Assembly (NCBI RefSeq): GCF_002571385.2 | Contig: NW_019217991.1 | Coordinates: 360,742-424,741, forward strand | Direction: 5' to 3' | DNA: 64,000 bases | Source of the DNA: Stylophora pistillata | Lineage: Eukaryota | Shown: positions 49,312 to 60,956 of the stretch, piece after piece | Numbering within the stretch: the stretch's first letter is position 1 | How the letters are laid out: each line of letters starts with the position of its first letter | Notes under the pieces: generated by a model | Database searches by the model: none | What the model saw: the letters and a program-made list of their open reading frames with translations, nothing else | What the model was told of the DNA's origin: nothing | Made by a program: the position numbers and the translations under genes

Positions 49312-52260
49312 CAACATAATCTGTAATAAGATATATTTATTTCCGTACATTGTTTGGGTTATAGCTGATTCAATGCATGGTATAATTTTATTCCTGAATT
49401 TACTTAAATTATGACTAACTTTTCAAGATTTTGCATTGGTATGTCAATAATTTTATTTGGAAAAATTATTACTTATTATTTCGGCGCTGTTGATATTTCA
49501 GAGACGTACAAGGTGTGACGAAAAATTAAGGAATATACTCGGCCACATGTTGGCGAGTTCATGGCATTAATGGCTCGGGTCCGTGTAACACTTACCATCT
49601 CAGCTGAACAATTCCAGCTTTCATAATGAACGAATTCAGTAAGGTTTTTACCCTGGTGAAAAATAGAAATGACTGTCACAAGAAAAGCATGAACGTTCAA
49701 TCCACTTAGGCCACGCGTGCCACATCTCGTCTCATTAAGTTCATAATTGTTCAGCGGTGTTCTTGCTCTCTGCTTTGACTTTAGTCTGTCGGGCTTGTTG
49801 CAGAAGTGATTAATATATTTACGTTAACCTCAACCAATAATAGATGATGATACTCCGAAAACAAATTTTCAAACCTTCTTGCGCATTCTCTTTATAGGTT
49901 TAAAAACCCTCAAATACTCTGTAAAACGGTCTCAGAGACGTGATGCTATTTTCAGTTTTTTTTTGTTCACAGTCCTCATACATGTACAAATTTTGAGAAT
50001 TCCAGAGTTTGCCACGTGAGTAATAGTGAGGTAAACAACTTCACGTGAAAGTGAAAGTTGCGGATGGAGATAGAATAAGGCAAACTTACAAGAGTCGTCA
50101 CTTTGCCGATAATGGTGGACGAGGCATTTCTTCTGTTACCTGTAGGGTCAAAAGACAGCCATGATAACGATATCTTCCCGAAAGTTAATTGTGAATCCGA
50201 AAGATGTCTCCATAGTTTTGATAGAAAGAGCTTTCCACTTGCTTTTACCACAAGAACATTCATTTTGACATTCCTTCCTTTACACAAGCAAACAAACAAA
50301 GTAAACCGCAATTGAACTTAGACTGGCTAAACGCAAGTTCCAAGATGTTTAGTAGTGAACAACCCGACAGGTGTTGAAAGGTAAGGGATTTTATCCCTAT
50401 CGGTGACTCGGGTTTTTTTGTTTGTCGCAGGCTTGTTAGAAATACACTTAAACATCTGTTTTTGAAAGTACACATAATCTGTATCATATAGATATCAAAG
50501 CTCTCTTGCCTTTATCAATCACATATAAAATAACTGAGGCAGCGGATAAGTTTTAAACTCGAGTTTAGAATGTCACGATTGGAATGTTAAGACAATTATC
50601 TGATTAAACACAATTACCAAACTCACTCTTACTTGAAGGAAACGTGCTTGCTGTTGAACTTTGTGTCACTGGAAAGTTAGACAAATATTGTGAGATAAAT
50701 GATTAGTGCTCGATTTTTCCAGCTCACAAACGATTCGCAGCGCCGACTTAGAGAAGCGTAATGAAAGTTTATTTACATGAGTTGTCAGGTTGGTCTTTGA
50801 TATAATGTTGTACTCCGGCATTAAGAGATCTTAAAATACGGTGTCTTAGACAACTATACTTAGTATTTATTGTTGTTTCCCCCCTCTAGACAGGTTGATT
50901 TTCCTTTTTTTTTTTTGAAAAAATGAGCACACATGATTGAAACTAGAGAGGGTGGAGAAAAAATAAAGGGTAGCTCGTCTGACCTCACTTAATGGCAACT
51001 GAGTCATTAAGTTCACTTAGCAAGCATGGAAAATGTTCTTACCAGGAGGCAAGGAGGTTGTTCTGGTGGTCTGTGTGATTTTCTCTGAATATAAGATCAG
51101 TTTTCAAAGAATTAGCACAGTAACGGAATTAATAATGAAATGTCCCGCGTGAACTAGCTTGATAAGCATTTTATGGCACTCATTCCTTAAGGGTTAAATC
51201 TACTAACTCATAGAAAGCCAGAAAATGAAAAGTGATCAATGTATTCTCTTTCTATGACATAGAATATACCAAGTTTGGAATATTTTTGACAATTTTCCAT
51301 GCTTCCCCCTTGAGTAAGTATCTTCAAGAATCCAAACTAGGCTTCCAAGAGATAGCCGCTGGACTGGACTAGCTTTGATTGAAAATACATTATTACCTAC
51401 CGGTACTATGGCAGGTTTGGAGGTGAGTTTTGTTACGCCTTCCTGTGTAACGATAATATGTCCCCAACATCCTTTTATCTCCAGGACCAAAAGTTTGCTG
51501 TGAGATGTTTAAGGCGTACCATTCCCACTCGCAATGCCATTTTTTAATGTTGTTGGTTTGCATAGAAGAGACATTGCGCGCTCCAAAGATTTCAAGGCAC
51601 GATGCTACAGTAATACATTATTAGATTAAAATTTTTGATGACGAATATTTAATTCATTGATATCTTAATTGCATGTTAAGTTTGACTTTTTGGGCATGTG
51701 CATGAAACCTCAACCTAAATTCTTTCGTTGATGAACAGAACAATTTCTGAGTGATTTGCTTCCAGTTTCATTTTGAAGTTCTCCTCTGTTCATTGCAGTA
51801 AGTCGCTCATAGACTGAAGCTTATTCTTGATCAGTGACACAATTTGAAGTTTTATCACCTATGAACAATTAAGCGGAAAAGCTTCAAGATTATTTCTAGT
51901 TCAATTTATAGTGGCTTTTATTGCCGAAATTGTCGTTTTAGATGAACGAAACGCCCCAGATAAGTATAAAACTTGAACTAAATAATAAGAAAAGCAGTAA
52001 TTGTTTAGTGGCATTAACAATGTGTGGTATCAAATAGTTGGTTTCTCTTTTTAATGATTAAATACCTGTGAGACTGCTATTTTCCTTTTTAAAAGAAACC
52101 TGACAGCACATTCTGGTTGGGTGTAATGTTGAATTTCCTTCTTGAGATCCTTTGCAACTAATGAATATGTATTGAGAACGACCTGTGCAATTCCAGTTTA
52201 TTTCGCTGTAGAATTCAGAACTGCAGTTACTCCAGTATTTCCTTGATTGACTACAAAATA
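40798..52260 (-). CDS. Adhesion GPCR gene B (Cys/Trp ectodomain, S/T stalk, GAIN/GPS, 7TM); 5' end undefined
   Basis: Exons 52066-52260, 51401-51604, short S/T exons ~51043-51084 and ~50633-50668, GAIN exons ~50150-46758 (incl. 47443-47533 with GC donor), GPS 46236-46371, TM exons ~45515-45618, ~44367-44468 (RYRIHIHLCVAL), ~43637-43790 (EVCIAVAVMLHYFFTASFVWMCIEA), ~43239-43305, ~42888-42954 (CWLSLEG..WAF), ~42427-42515, ~42048-42174 (LFPLLGLSWFFG), ~41624-41665 (GVFILLFHC), ~41038-41102; last exon approximate. A candidate exon at ~51718-51858 may contain TAA. Confidence 0.85.
44497..45410 (-). mobile_element. 5'-truncated L2 LINE in an intron of gene B, with inverted 5' segment
   Basis: SSKVKMLRRITFL..TIYSKTVIPSV..VWGSC; RPRTEQGRRSFKHRAVIAWNSLP; 3' AATAAA plus (ATGT)n tail at ~44497-44526. 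Confidence 0.85.
46236..46371 (-). CDS. GPS/Stachel exon of aGPCR gene B
   Basis: PFWSDKGMTF..FTSCLTNHL-TSFAVLI, with canonical HL/T cleavage triad. Confidence 0.92.
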
Positions 52261-52779
52261 CTGGAAAGAAAACAACAAAAAAACCCGATATCAGCTTCGT
52301 ACAGAGTTTGCACAGAGATTCATTTATTTTTGTGGCAATTGAGCAAGAGATGGCGAGGTCCAATTTTTTTTATCCTCACCACACCTTGAACTATATCTTG
52401 TCCAATTTGAGCCAATAAAGTTGAATTGAAATACTCACAAATTTTGTTTGTGAGTATTTGAAAACATTCGAAACCTTTGGTAGGACAAAGCCGGCTTAAT
52501 AACTTTATAAAATCACCAGCGAATAACAATTTTAAATTATTAAACAGGAAAGTCTTCAATTCATGATTCAAACCAATTTTTTAAAGTTTAATCGTTTCAA
52601 ATGAATTTGTAGCTGCCTGTCTTCAAAATTAAAAAATAAACCGAGTGAGTATGAATTTTTTAAAGAACCATGAAGCAATGAAAGGTTTACAATTTTGAGA
52701 GACAACGGCGACCTTAAATATACTTCGTAACGTTTACAGCATTTGCATCCACAGCATGATTATGCCTTTTTGTTTTGTT

Positions 52780-53260
52780 TTGCTTGGTTTCATAGTAAGT
52801 AAAGCCTCCATTACACTTTGATGATCATTAGCACAGAACTTTAAATTAGTTATCGATTTGATATTTATTGTTTGGGTTCGAGGTACGTTACTGTCAAGTA
52901 ATGAAATAAAATGCAGTTGTCTCCTTGCAATAATCGATTCAAAATATTTATTAAATCTTGACACGATCAAATTCTCTTCTGTCACTGTTTTTTTTTTTGT
53001 TTTTTTTTTGTTTTGTTTTGTTTTTTTTCCCGTCTATTTTTCAAAGTGTTCCGTTACCGATCCTTTATCCTCGTAAGATCAAAAACATATTTATTCGAAG
53101 CTCTTGCTTGAAATGCACGTGCGCTTCACGAGAGACGTTCTTCATTTCGGATTCAAGCCACGTATGCTTACGAGAGATCAGCTTTCATCGACTGCTTCTG
53201 CAGCGCTTAAGTATTCAAATACTAAGTAGAGCTTTCTTTGTTTCAGGATCTCATAGACTC
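52780..53260 (-). mobile_element. Old LINE fragment (endonuclease-RT linker)
   Basis: ..RKHTWLESEMK..; IVSRFNKYFESI..VMEALLTMKPSK resembles the 'FN.YF.SI..V...L..LK..KA' LINE linker. Confidence 0.5.
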
Positions 53261-56200
53261 TCGGATTAGTATTTATAAAGGAAGTTTTGAGTCTTACAGA
53301 AGAGCAAACATTAAAAGAGAACATCGGCGTCAGGTGACAGATAATGCATTAACGGGATCTAATGCGACTTCACCATCTCCGGTGCACTTGATCATTAAAG
53401 TAATTTGTATACATGTAAATGGTGTTTCAAAGAAATAAGCTTGAAGTTTCGTGATCATTTCAGGTTTTTAATGACGGCTGTTACCATCTGTGCGTCTCAG
53501 GTACTGATCGATTTTTTCGAATTCAATATTTTCTTGACAGTATAGTTTGGGTTGATCAAAGTAAGTTTGATGAGATGCTTTGTAACAAAAAGTCACTAAA
53601 ACATGACTCGTATCTAAACGAGGTGATAATTTTTTTCAATGGTACGAATTGTTCAAAATTTTCTTAGAAATTAAAGGTGCGAAATTTAACTCAAGATTGA
53701 AGTGACTCTTCAACCTCTCATATGTCATGGTTCGTTTTACCGTTGGTTCTCAATTGCTGTTGTCTTGATATTTTGAGTTCAAAAGAACTGAATCAGAAAA
53801 AGTTACTCAAGAAAATTTTTTCCCAGACATGCTTATCAGAGAAAATACTACCGTATTAGATTAATTATTGATGCTAAAAGGGCGGACATTTCAACTATTT
53901 TTGATCATCACTGAAAAAATTTTCTTTTACAAATGAAAGGGAGTGCCATCCTAGGTAGCCATGGGAGCGTGACGCTCGTCTCTGTGAAGGGACAATCATC
54001 TTTGGGATACGGCAACATTGTTACTGCTTGTTGCATTAACTGGCCTCACGAAATGTTCACAAGTCATTACTAAAATTTTTATTTCCCTCCATTTTTTTCT
54101 GTTGGTAGAACTTGGTGTCAGGAGAAAGTCGGTTTGACTTAATTAGTTAAAGAAATGGGACAAATTATTTACTACTGACTATTTCATGGATGAACGAGAA
54201 ATATTGCTAATTGCTGTGCCGGTGTTTGAATGGGTGTTCATCCGCAATATAAGTTTTCATTATTCTACATGTGACGGCGAAGAAAGAATGAGTTAACAAA
54301 CATGATATTTTAATCTTCGCCAACTTGTTTGATAGGTATTCGACGTTTCAACCGCATCTCTTTAAGATCCTTTAACACTTACCCACGAAATATGTTTTGC
54401 AGAGAATAAAACATTTCGGTCAAGGTGGAAACTTAAGAAGATGATATGAACTTTCTGATCAAAATAATATTCAATCATTTTCAGCTGGTTTATGCGTCGC
54501 TTCGGCGGGAATATGTTTTCGAGCATAAGCAACAGAAATTACCGTCAAAACGTGTAGGTAAGAATTTCGATTTATTTCAGTTAAACTAAGAACTCAGCTC
54601 CATCATTTTCCAAATTAAATTGACAGCAAGTAGTTTTGTATATATTTTCCTGAAGACCACAATACATATTTGATGAGTTCATTTTGGAGAAATAATTCAT
54701 TCATACACAATTTTTTTTTAAATTTTAAATTTGCGATTATACAAACACCTTGACGATGGAGGGAAGTTGTTCAATGAGATCAAGAAAAAAAATAATTTTG
54801 GTGTTGTATGGTACACCTAATAAAAGATTACCTGTAGATATTGTCTCCTCTTTCTGTTGAAGCGAGCTTGAAATCTAGAGAGGAAACATTTGCGTTAGCT
54901 CAGAGATAAGTCAAGCTAAGCGTGCGGTGAAAAGATTAAGAGACATTTACCTCAACTGTGAACACCAGCAACAGATCCACTAAAAAAAGCCATCCGTTAG
55001 AATTCATTTTATCCCAAGGGCCGAAGCAATTTTGCAATTATCAAGTGACTGGGGGGAGACGCTTTTACAACCGCTTTCCTTGCTCCGTTGACATTTTCTC
55101 CAGATCATTACTAAACAGAAATTCTAACCTATCGGAAATTTAACCAATTGTTCACCTGTCAGGTTCTCTCGCCTGACTCGATGCTTGAAGCTAATCAGAC
55201 ACAGGTTTCTGCAAGGAAAGTACCTAAGGTTGTGAAAATTGTACGTTTGGGGTCTTTTAGTCGACCACCAGTTTCGCGGAGTTTAAACATAGCTCGAGAG
55301 AGTTAGCTATCTTTAAAGGGGTAAGCCAGCTGTTCACAATTTATCTCCATCTTTATTGATGTGGAAGCGTCGAGAGATATCAAAATGCCACGTACGTCTC
55401 TGACAATTAAGATTAAAACATTTCCTTCATATTGATTTTTCTTCCCCTCTCTTACTATGTCATCGAGGAAAACAGTGGAAGTGAAATTTCAAAAAAATTG
55501 TAAGAAATGGAGCACGTTTTTAAATCTAGGGTTTGCTAGCTATCGATGGACCTTATTTTAGAATTGATCTTCCATTTTACTTTAAGTACAAATGGTGCAT
55601 CAATAAAAATTCACAAAAAAAGCATTCAGCTGCAATTGAACGAGCTATCTGTCCTATAGCTAAGTTTTTCAAACAATTTCAAAACATGATCCAGCTTCGA
55701 ACTTAAAGTCATCGCACTCGCGTGCTAGCATGTCCAGTGACATTAATTTGGTATCTTCTTTTGATGGACAGAACTGGCAGCTAGAGAAGCATTTGTTGAT
55801 ATATTTAGTAGGCTATTCACCGGTACGTTGCTTTGTTTTTCTTTTGGATGGGTGATTAAAACTTGCTATCACGACATTGCCAGCTCCTCTTTGTTTCTTT
55901 TTAGTCAGCAGATTTAGATTCTGAAGACAGGAAATTCCAAAGACAAACAATTTTCAGCTCGGCCACAAGCCTTAGACTGAGGACTTCCTGCCTCTTGTAC
56001 TATTTAAGAAAGCATGATTAACAAAGTGACACTGAGGATAAAACTTTATGTGTGTGACCGAGTTGTTTTCCATAAAATTACAGGCAATATTTTGCAAATT
56101 ATTCAAAACCTGGATTTGACATCTTCCATAGCATCGAAGAAGACCTGTTTATGCTAAACGAGAATTTAGATTCAAGCTTATTGCCTTCAGGCTTCAATTA

Positions 56201-59200
56201 AACACGTACAGTCCAAAACTTTTTATCATCCTCTTTACAAGTTTTTGCCTGTTACTGTATATGTTACTACGCGAGTAGCACAATACTGATGTTTTGAATT
56301 TGTTTTCTGATTCCACAAAGATAAGCGTATTGTCTCAATTCTTCCTTCCGTCTCACTTGATTTTCTCATTTTCCTTGTTTTATTTATTTGCCTCACCCAC
56401 TCAATTACTTCGTGAACCATTCGGGTGTCACAAAATCTATACCCTTTGAAGGTGACTTTCAATTTTCCCTTATTTCTATTTATTTCTTTCATCTTCTCTC
56501 TCATCAAATGGTAATGATGATGCAATGCAAGTTATTTTCATTTATTTCCATCTACTGTACGTACTAAATTATTTATGTCAATGTGTGCTGATAATTTCCC
56601 ATCAGTTTAAATATTAACTTGACTTGACGTGTTCCTACCAACGTTATTGGTTTTCACCCTGTTTGAAAGACGTTTGCATATCCGGTTATTATTACGTTGG
56701 TTTATTAAACTCATATATTTGTGATTAAATTTTGTCTTTTAGATGCTCAAGAATTGCACATGCACATAAACAGTAATCTACAGTACCTTTATTGATTTAA
56801 ACTGAACCTCGTTTGTATTCGATGTTGTGTCCTTTGCATGTGCAGGAGTGCTCAGCTACTTTCCTGGGTATTTCATTTCCATGCACTTTGCCTCCGTCTT
56901 TTTTTAACAATGGAAACACCCGTACCCCACTTTGCATTTCAGCCTGTGTTGCGTTCATCCCATTATTTTGGCCAAGAATTTACAACCTTGTAATCTCAAA
57001 GCAGTCATTTTATTTAGGGTAACCATGTTTTCAAAGTTTCGAGCTAAAGTTTCGCCTGGGTTTATATTTCTCGTATTATTGGCAGCAACTTTTAGGAAAT
57101 ACCTAGGACACATTTGAGTTTTCATATGCTAAACGGGAAGTTCTTCTATGAGTAACTCAAAAGGCTGATTTCATTAATTTACTAGGCTCGGCTCTTGCGA
57201 AATTCTGGTGTCTTACACGTGCAATTTGCAATACGTGGAATTTAGAGAGTTCTTTCTGGTTTTTGCTTAACATTGCAACGCATCACCCTTAACAGAAGCC
57301 GTTTGGACAAACGTGCAAAAATGATAAATAAAGGTGGTGTTCTTTTACTAATTTAAAAAAATTGGAGCAATTTCTATCTTCTTTTTTTTCGGAAATGTTT
57401 CTTATTTACTTTTACAGATGATCTATTCATTCATTCTACCCGCTTATGATCATTCAATGTTTCCCGTCTGATTGGCGGCATCTTTATTGAGAGTTTTTGT
57501 TGATCGATTACGAATATTGTTCTCTGAACGTAGACTTCCTTCTTCAATGCATTCAGCCAACAAAGCTGCAGCAAAATCTTGCTCTTTTAAGGAAATGGGA
57601 CAATACAAGTTCAAATGTTATTATCAACTTCCATTGTAAACTGATTTCACTGATGCGGCAGTCTCAAAACCTATATTGCAAGAAATGGTCTATTGTAGAC
57701 ATTGTGAAAATTCCTTTCTGATTCTATCAGGACGAAGTCATTCAAAATCGTTTTAAAGTCTTATTATTGTTCTCTAACTTTCCAACCTCTATTTACTTAA
57801 TGTAAAAGGCGTTAAAAGCATTTCCTTTAGAGGTCGAAATTCAACTAAGTTCATGAATACCATTTCCTAAAACGATGTTTTGCTTTGTCGACAAACACTT
57901 TTATGAAACAAGGTTATGATTAAAAAGAAACTTAAATGCAAGAGATCATTTAGAAAACGCCAGTTACATCTTCAAAAATTAGCGGTGGGAATGTGTAAAA
58001 TAAATTGCATGACGAATTCAAATTTGTTTGCCAGGAGTTTTCGGAATAATCTACCCATTGTAAGTGGTATTTATATGGTTCAAGCTATAGAAAGCCTCGC
58101 AGCATTCTTCAAATCCCGATCTGTCTTTGAAGAATCCGTTAAAGTTAATTCTTAACGAGATTCGCAGATGTCGAGCGATTGAATAGTGGTACGCAAGGGT
58201 ATTTCCTGACCATGTAACAGCATTCATAAAAATTTTTTTTTCACCTTCCGATGAAGAGGTTCTCACAAAGTGACAATGGCGAATCCCCCTTTTTCTCCGT
58301 TTTTTTTAGTCATCGGTTTGCTTTTTATTGTGACAACCCCCTTAATTAATCGTTACCACGGTTCATTTCAAAGGCTGAGAGCTTTGAAAGCTTTGAAAAC
58401 TTATGATAACTCAAAAAAGTTTGTAACAATAGGTCATAATAGCTGTTTCATAATCATTTCGTTTTCCAATCCTAAGGAAACGCTGAAGATCAAGTAATCT
58501 TTTGCTTAGAAACGACACATGAATTCATTCAAAGGCAATAAGATAGGTTCCCATTAACTTCTTGAACGCTTACCTGATCAAAGAACTTTTGCCTATTCTT
58601 CTGATAAAATTTGCCATCACCTAAAGGGAAAGTTAATGAAGAGTTTTTCCATGATAATGACATAAAGGCAAACGTTCCAGCGTCTGCATTGGCTGAAATC
58701 AAGCCGAGTAACTTCTAACAATGGAGACACTTGGAATTGATTGCATAAAGGTGAAATTGTTTTTTGTGTGCTAGTAGTAAGTTATCAAATAATTTCTCAT
58801 GCATTTGGAACAAAATTAGGGCTTGTAAATCCTCAGACTACGAATTGCAACGTGCATTCGACCTTCGAGGTCGCGCAATTACTTTATTTATTTGGAATGT
58901 GCTCAAGTTGCACTCGAAAAAATTTCCCACAATTCTTATTCTGCTGGTGTACCTGCAGGGGTTTTACTCATCTTTTGGCTCAGAAAGCAGAGTAGAAATT
59001 GGCGTAGAGTGTTAGGTGTACGTGATTGAAGTTGCTTCAGTTGATGCCTTTCTTAAGTACAATACGGGAGTCTAAGTGTTGGAGACCTAGTCCATAGATC
59101 CAAATAGTTTCCCCGAATTTGGTTGCGATCCCTCTATTCCTCCAAAGGTTTCCCTTGAAAAAGCAGGCCTTTTTGGTCATTCAGTAGTCAAACGGTACCT

Positions 59201-59242
59201 ACAAAGGTTCGTTAACGAAAAACTGGTTTCAACTGCACTCAC

Positions 59243-60236
59243 AACCGTGCGTAGTTAACGGAGTAGAACTTCCGTTGCAACGAGTTTGAAACTGCATATG
59301 TCCCTGAATGTCCACCACCAGACGAAAACCATTCCACTGACACCGCCACTTATCCACTGATTCAACAGATAGTGATCTGTTTCCCCAATGGGTGAAGGTC
59401 GATATGCAGGGAACTAGAAAAATGATGAATACTGTTGAACTATTTATGGGACTATTTCGGCTTTTCATTGATTGTTTTTACTTTGTTTCATTAAAAAAAC
59501 AGATTATGTTCAGTTTGTTGAATAGGCTTTGGCTGTAGTATTCTCCTTTTGCAGGAGGCTACGTTTCAGTAGATTCATATGTAACTGCTGACAGGAAATT
59601 GTGCTAAATACACAAATCAGACTGACTGGAAAGTCCAAAATAAAGAGATTAAGTTTATATGGTGTTGGCTCTATGGAATAGGGGTTTAGTGTTCGATGGT
59701 TAAATTATAATGGGGTTCAGTTTTTTTCGAGAAAACATGTCAAATTTTTTCAGGACTTTGAAAGGCTGTGCGTAATAAAGAGAGCGGCTCAAATCAATAC
59801 TGTTAAATTCCCACGCACGAGATTACTGTGTGATGAACGTCCTCCCTTGGGGTGGGATGGGTGGGTGTCACAGGACCCCATTTAAACCAGCTATTAGCTG
59901 AAATGGGCTACCCGGTATAAATATTCGTAAAAAAAATTAAAATACGCGGAGATGCACATTTAGTAGTAATGCGAGGTCCAACTGTACTTCATAGATATCA
60001 CTCTATTTTAACAAACTAGCAGGAAAATATGTTACTTTTCCAACCTCCCTGATGTACTTCTTCTCTGCCACCGTTTTCAGTTATTTGTACATCACAGCAA
60101 GCTTGAGAAGCTTGATTTCTTCTTTTTGTTTCAATACCGGTGCAGTTTAATCTTATTATTCCAAATCTTCCTCGGCAAGTCCAGGAAATAATACCAAGTA
60201 CATCTGACTCGGGTAGTTCGTTTTCTGCACAGCTTG
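59243..60236 (-). CDS. Two phase-1 exons paralogous to the gene B Cys/Trp ectodomain exons
   Basis: 60045-60236 ASC..ISWTCRGRFGIIRLNCTG..ACCDVQI vs 52066-52260 VFC..INWNCTGRSQYIFISCKG..MCCQVSF; 59243-59413 VPCISTF..VDKWRCQWNGFRL vs 51401-51604 ASCLEIF..IKKWHCEWEWYAL. Confidence 0.65.
59803..59925 (+). mobile_element. SINE fragment (shared core, different tail)
   Basis: TTCCCACGCACGAGATTACTGTGTGATG..GGGGTGGGATGGGTGGG matches the core of the SINEs at 6035 and 10060. Confidence 0.75.
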
Positions 60237-60542
60237 CTGCGAGGTATAAGGCATTCCTCGGTAATCTGACCAAACATTTTTTTTAATATTTTGTGTTCAC
60301 AGCAACAGCAATAATCTTTAAAGATCGATTTTGCATAAAAAAAAAACAATACAACACTTTTTTATTGATCACTCCTATTAGGCTTTTTCAGAATCAATGA
60401 ACATAGCAAGAATAGTAAATAATATGTATATATATATATATATAGGAAGTCTGCAAGTCGATTTTCGCGTGGAACAGTGCTCAATACGTTGAAGCAGAGC
60501 AGAATAAATATTATGAGAGGAAAAAAGGACGTAACTACATTT

Positions 60543-60583
60543 CCCGACAAGCCTGTTTCGTGAATCGCTTCACTCTTCAGGGG
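60543..60583 (-). ncRNA. Minimal type I hammerhead ribozyme (mirror copy)
   Basis: Exact reverse complement of 60590-60630; predicted cleavage after 60546. Confidence 0.85.
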
Positions 60584-60589
60584 TTTAAA

Positions 60590-60630
60590 CCCCTGAAGAG
60601 TGAAGCGATTCACGAAACAGGCTTGTCGGG
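60590..60630 (+). ncRNA. Minimal type I hammerhead ribozyme
   Basis: CCC-CTGAAGA-GTGAA(GCGA)TTCAC-GAAA-CAGGCTTG-TC-GGG; intact core, 5-bp stem II with GNRA loop, self-complementary stem III, GUC cleavage after 60627. Confidence 0.85.
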
Positions 60631-60845
60631 AAATGTAGTTACGTCCTTTTTTCCTCTCATAATATTTATTCTGCTCTGCTTCAACGTATTGAGCACTGTT
60701 CCACGCGAAAATCGACTTGCAGACTTCCTATATATATATATATATACATAAAGTGTGACTTTATTTTCGTAGAACAGTGCTCAATACATAGAAGTAGAGC
60801 GAAGTATACATTGTGGGAGGAAAAAGACAAGCAAACTACAAGTTC

Positions 60846-60888
60846 ATCCCTACAAGCCTGTTTCGTGGTCGCCCACTCATCACGGGAT
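60846..60888 (-). ncRNA. Third hammerhead, C3G core variant
   Basis: ATCCC-GTGATGA-GTGG(GCGA)CCAC-GAAA-CAGGCTTG-TA-GGGAT; stems I and II differ from the other copy yet still pair. Confidence 0.7.
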
Positions 60889-60956
60889 TTAATGAGAATA
60901 AACTTTACCATTGCTTATATACAATATAATTTGCATGATCTAACTAGTCTAATTTA

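Larger units (their letters stand above)
60423..60750. repeat. Perfect 328-bp zero-spacer palindrome (inverted Penelope-like pseudo-LTR pair) bounded by (TA)n
   Basis: 164-bp arms are exact reverse complements about GGGTTT|AAACCC (60586/60587). Confidence 0.95.

Noticed and set aside
53700-58950. Scattered minus-strand exon-like segments (e.g. LQGCKFL near 56980, RRYQINV near 55750) as a third GAIN/7TM gene
   Set aside because: I could not assemble a phase-consistent model or find a GPS/Stachel or TM exons; similarities are too short to call without a profile search.
60362-60751. Two ORFs with identical N-termini on opposite strands (MNRFTLQG..)
   Set aside because: A consequence of the perfect palindrome; GTG start and no coding evidence.
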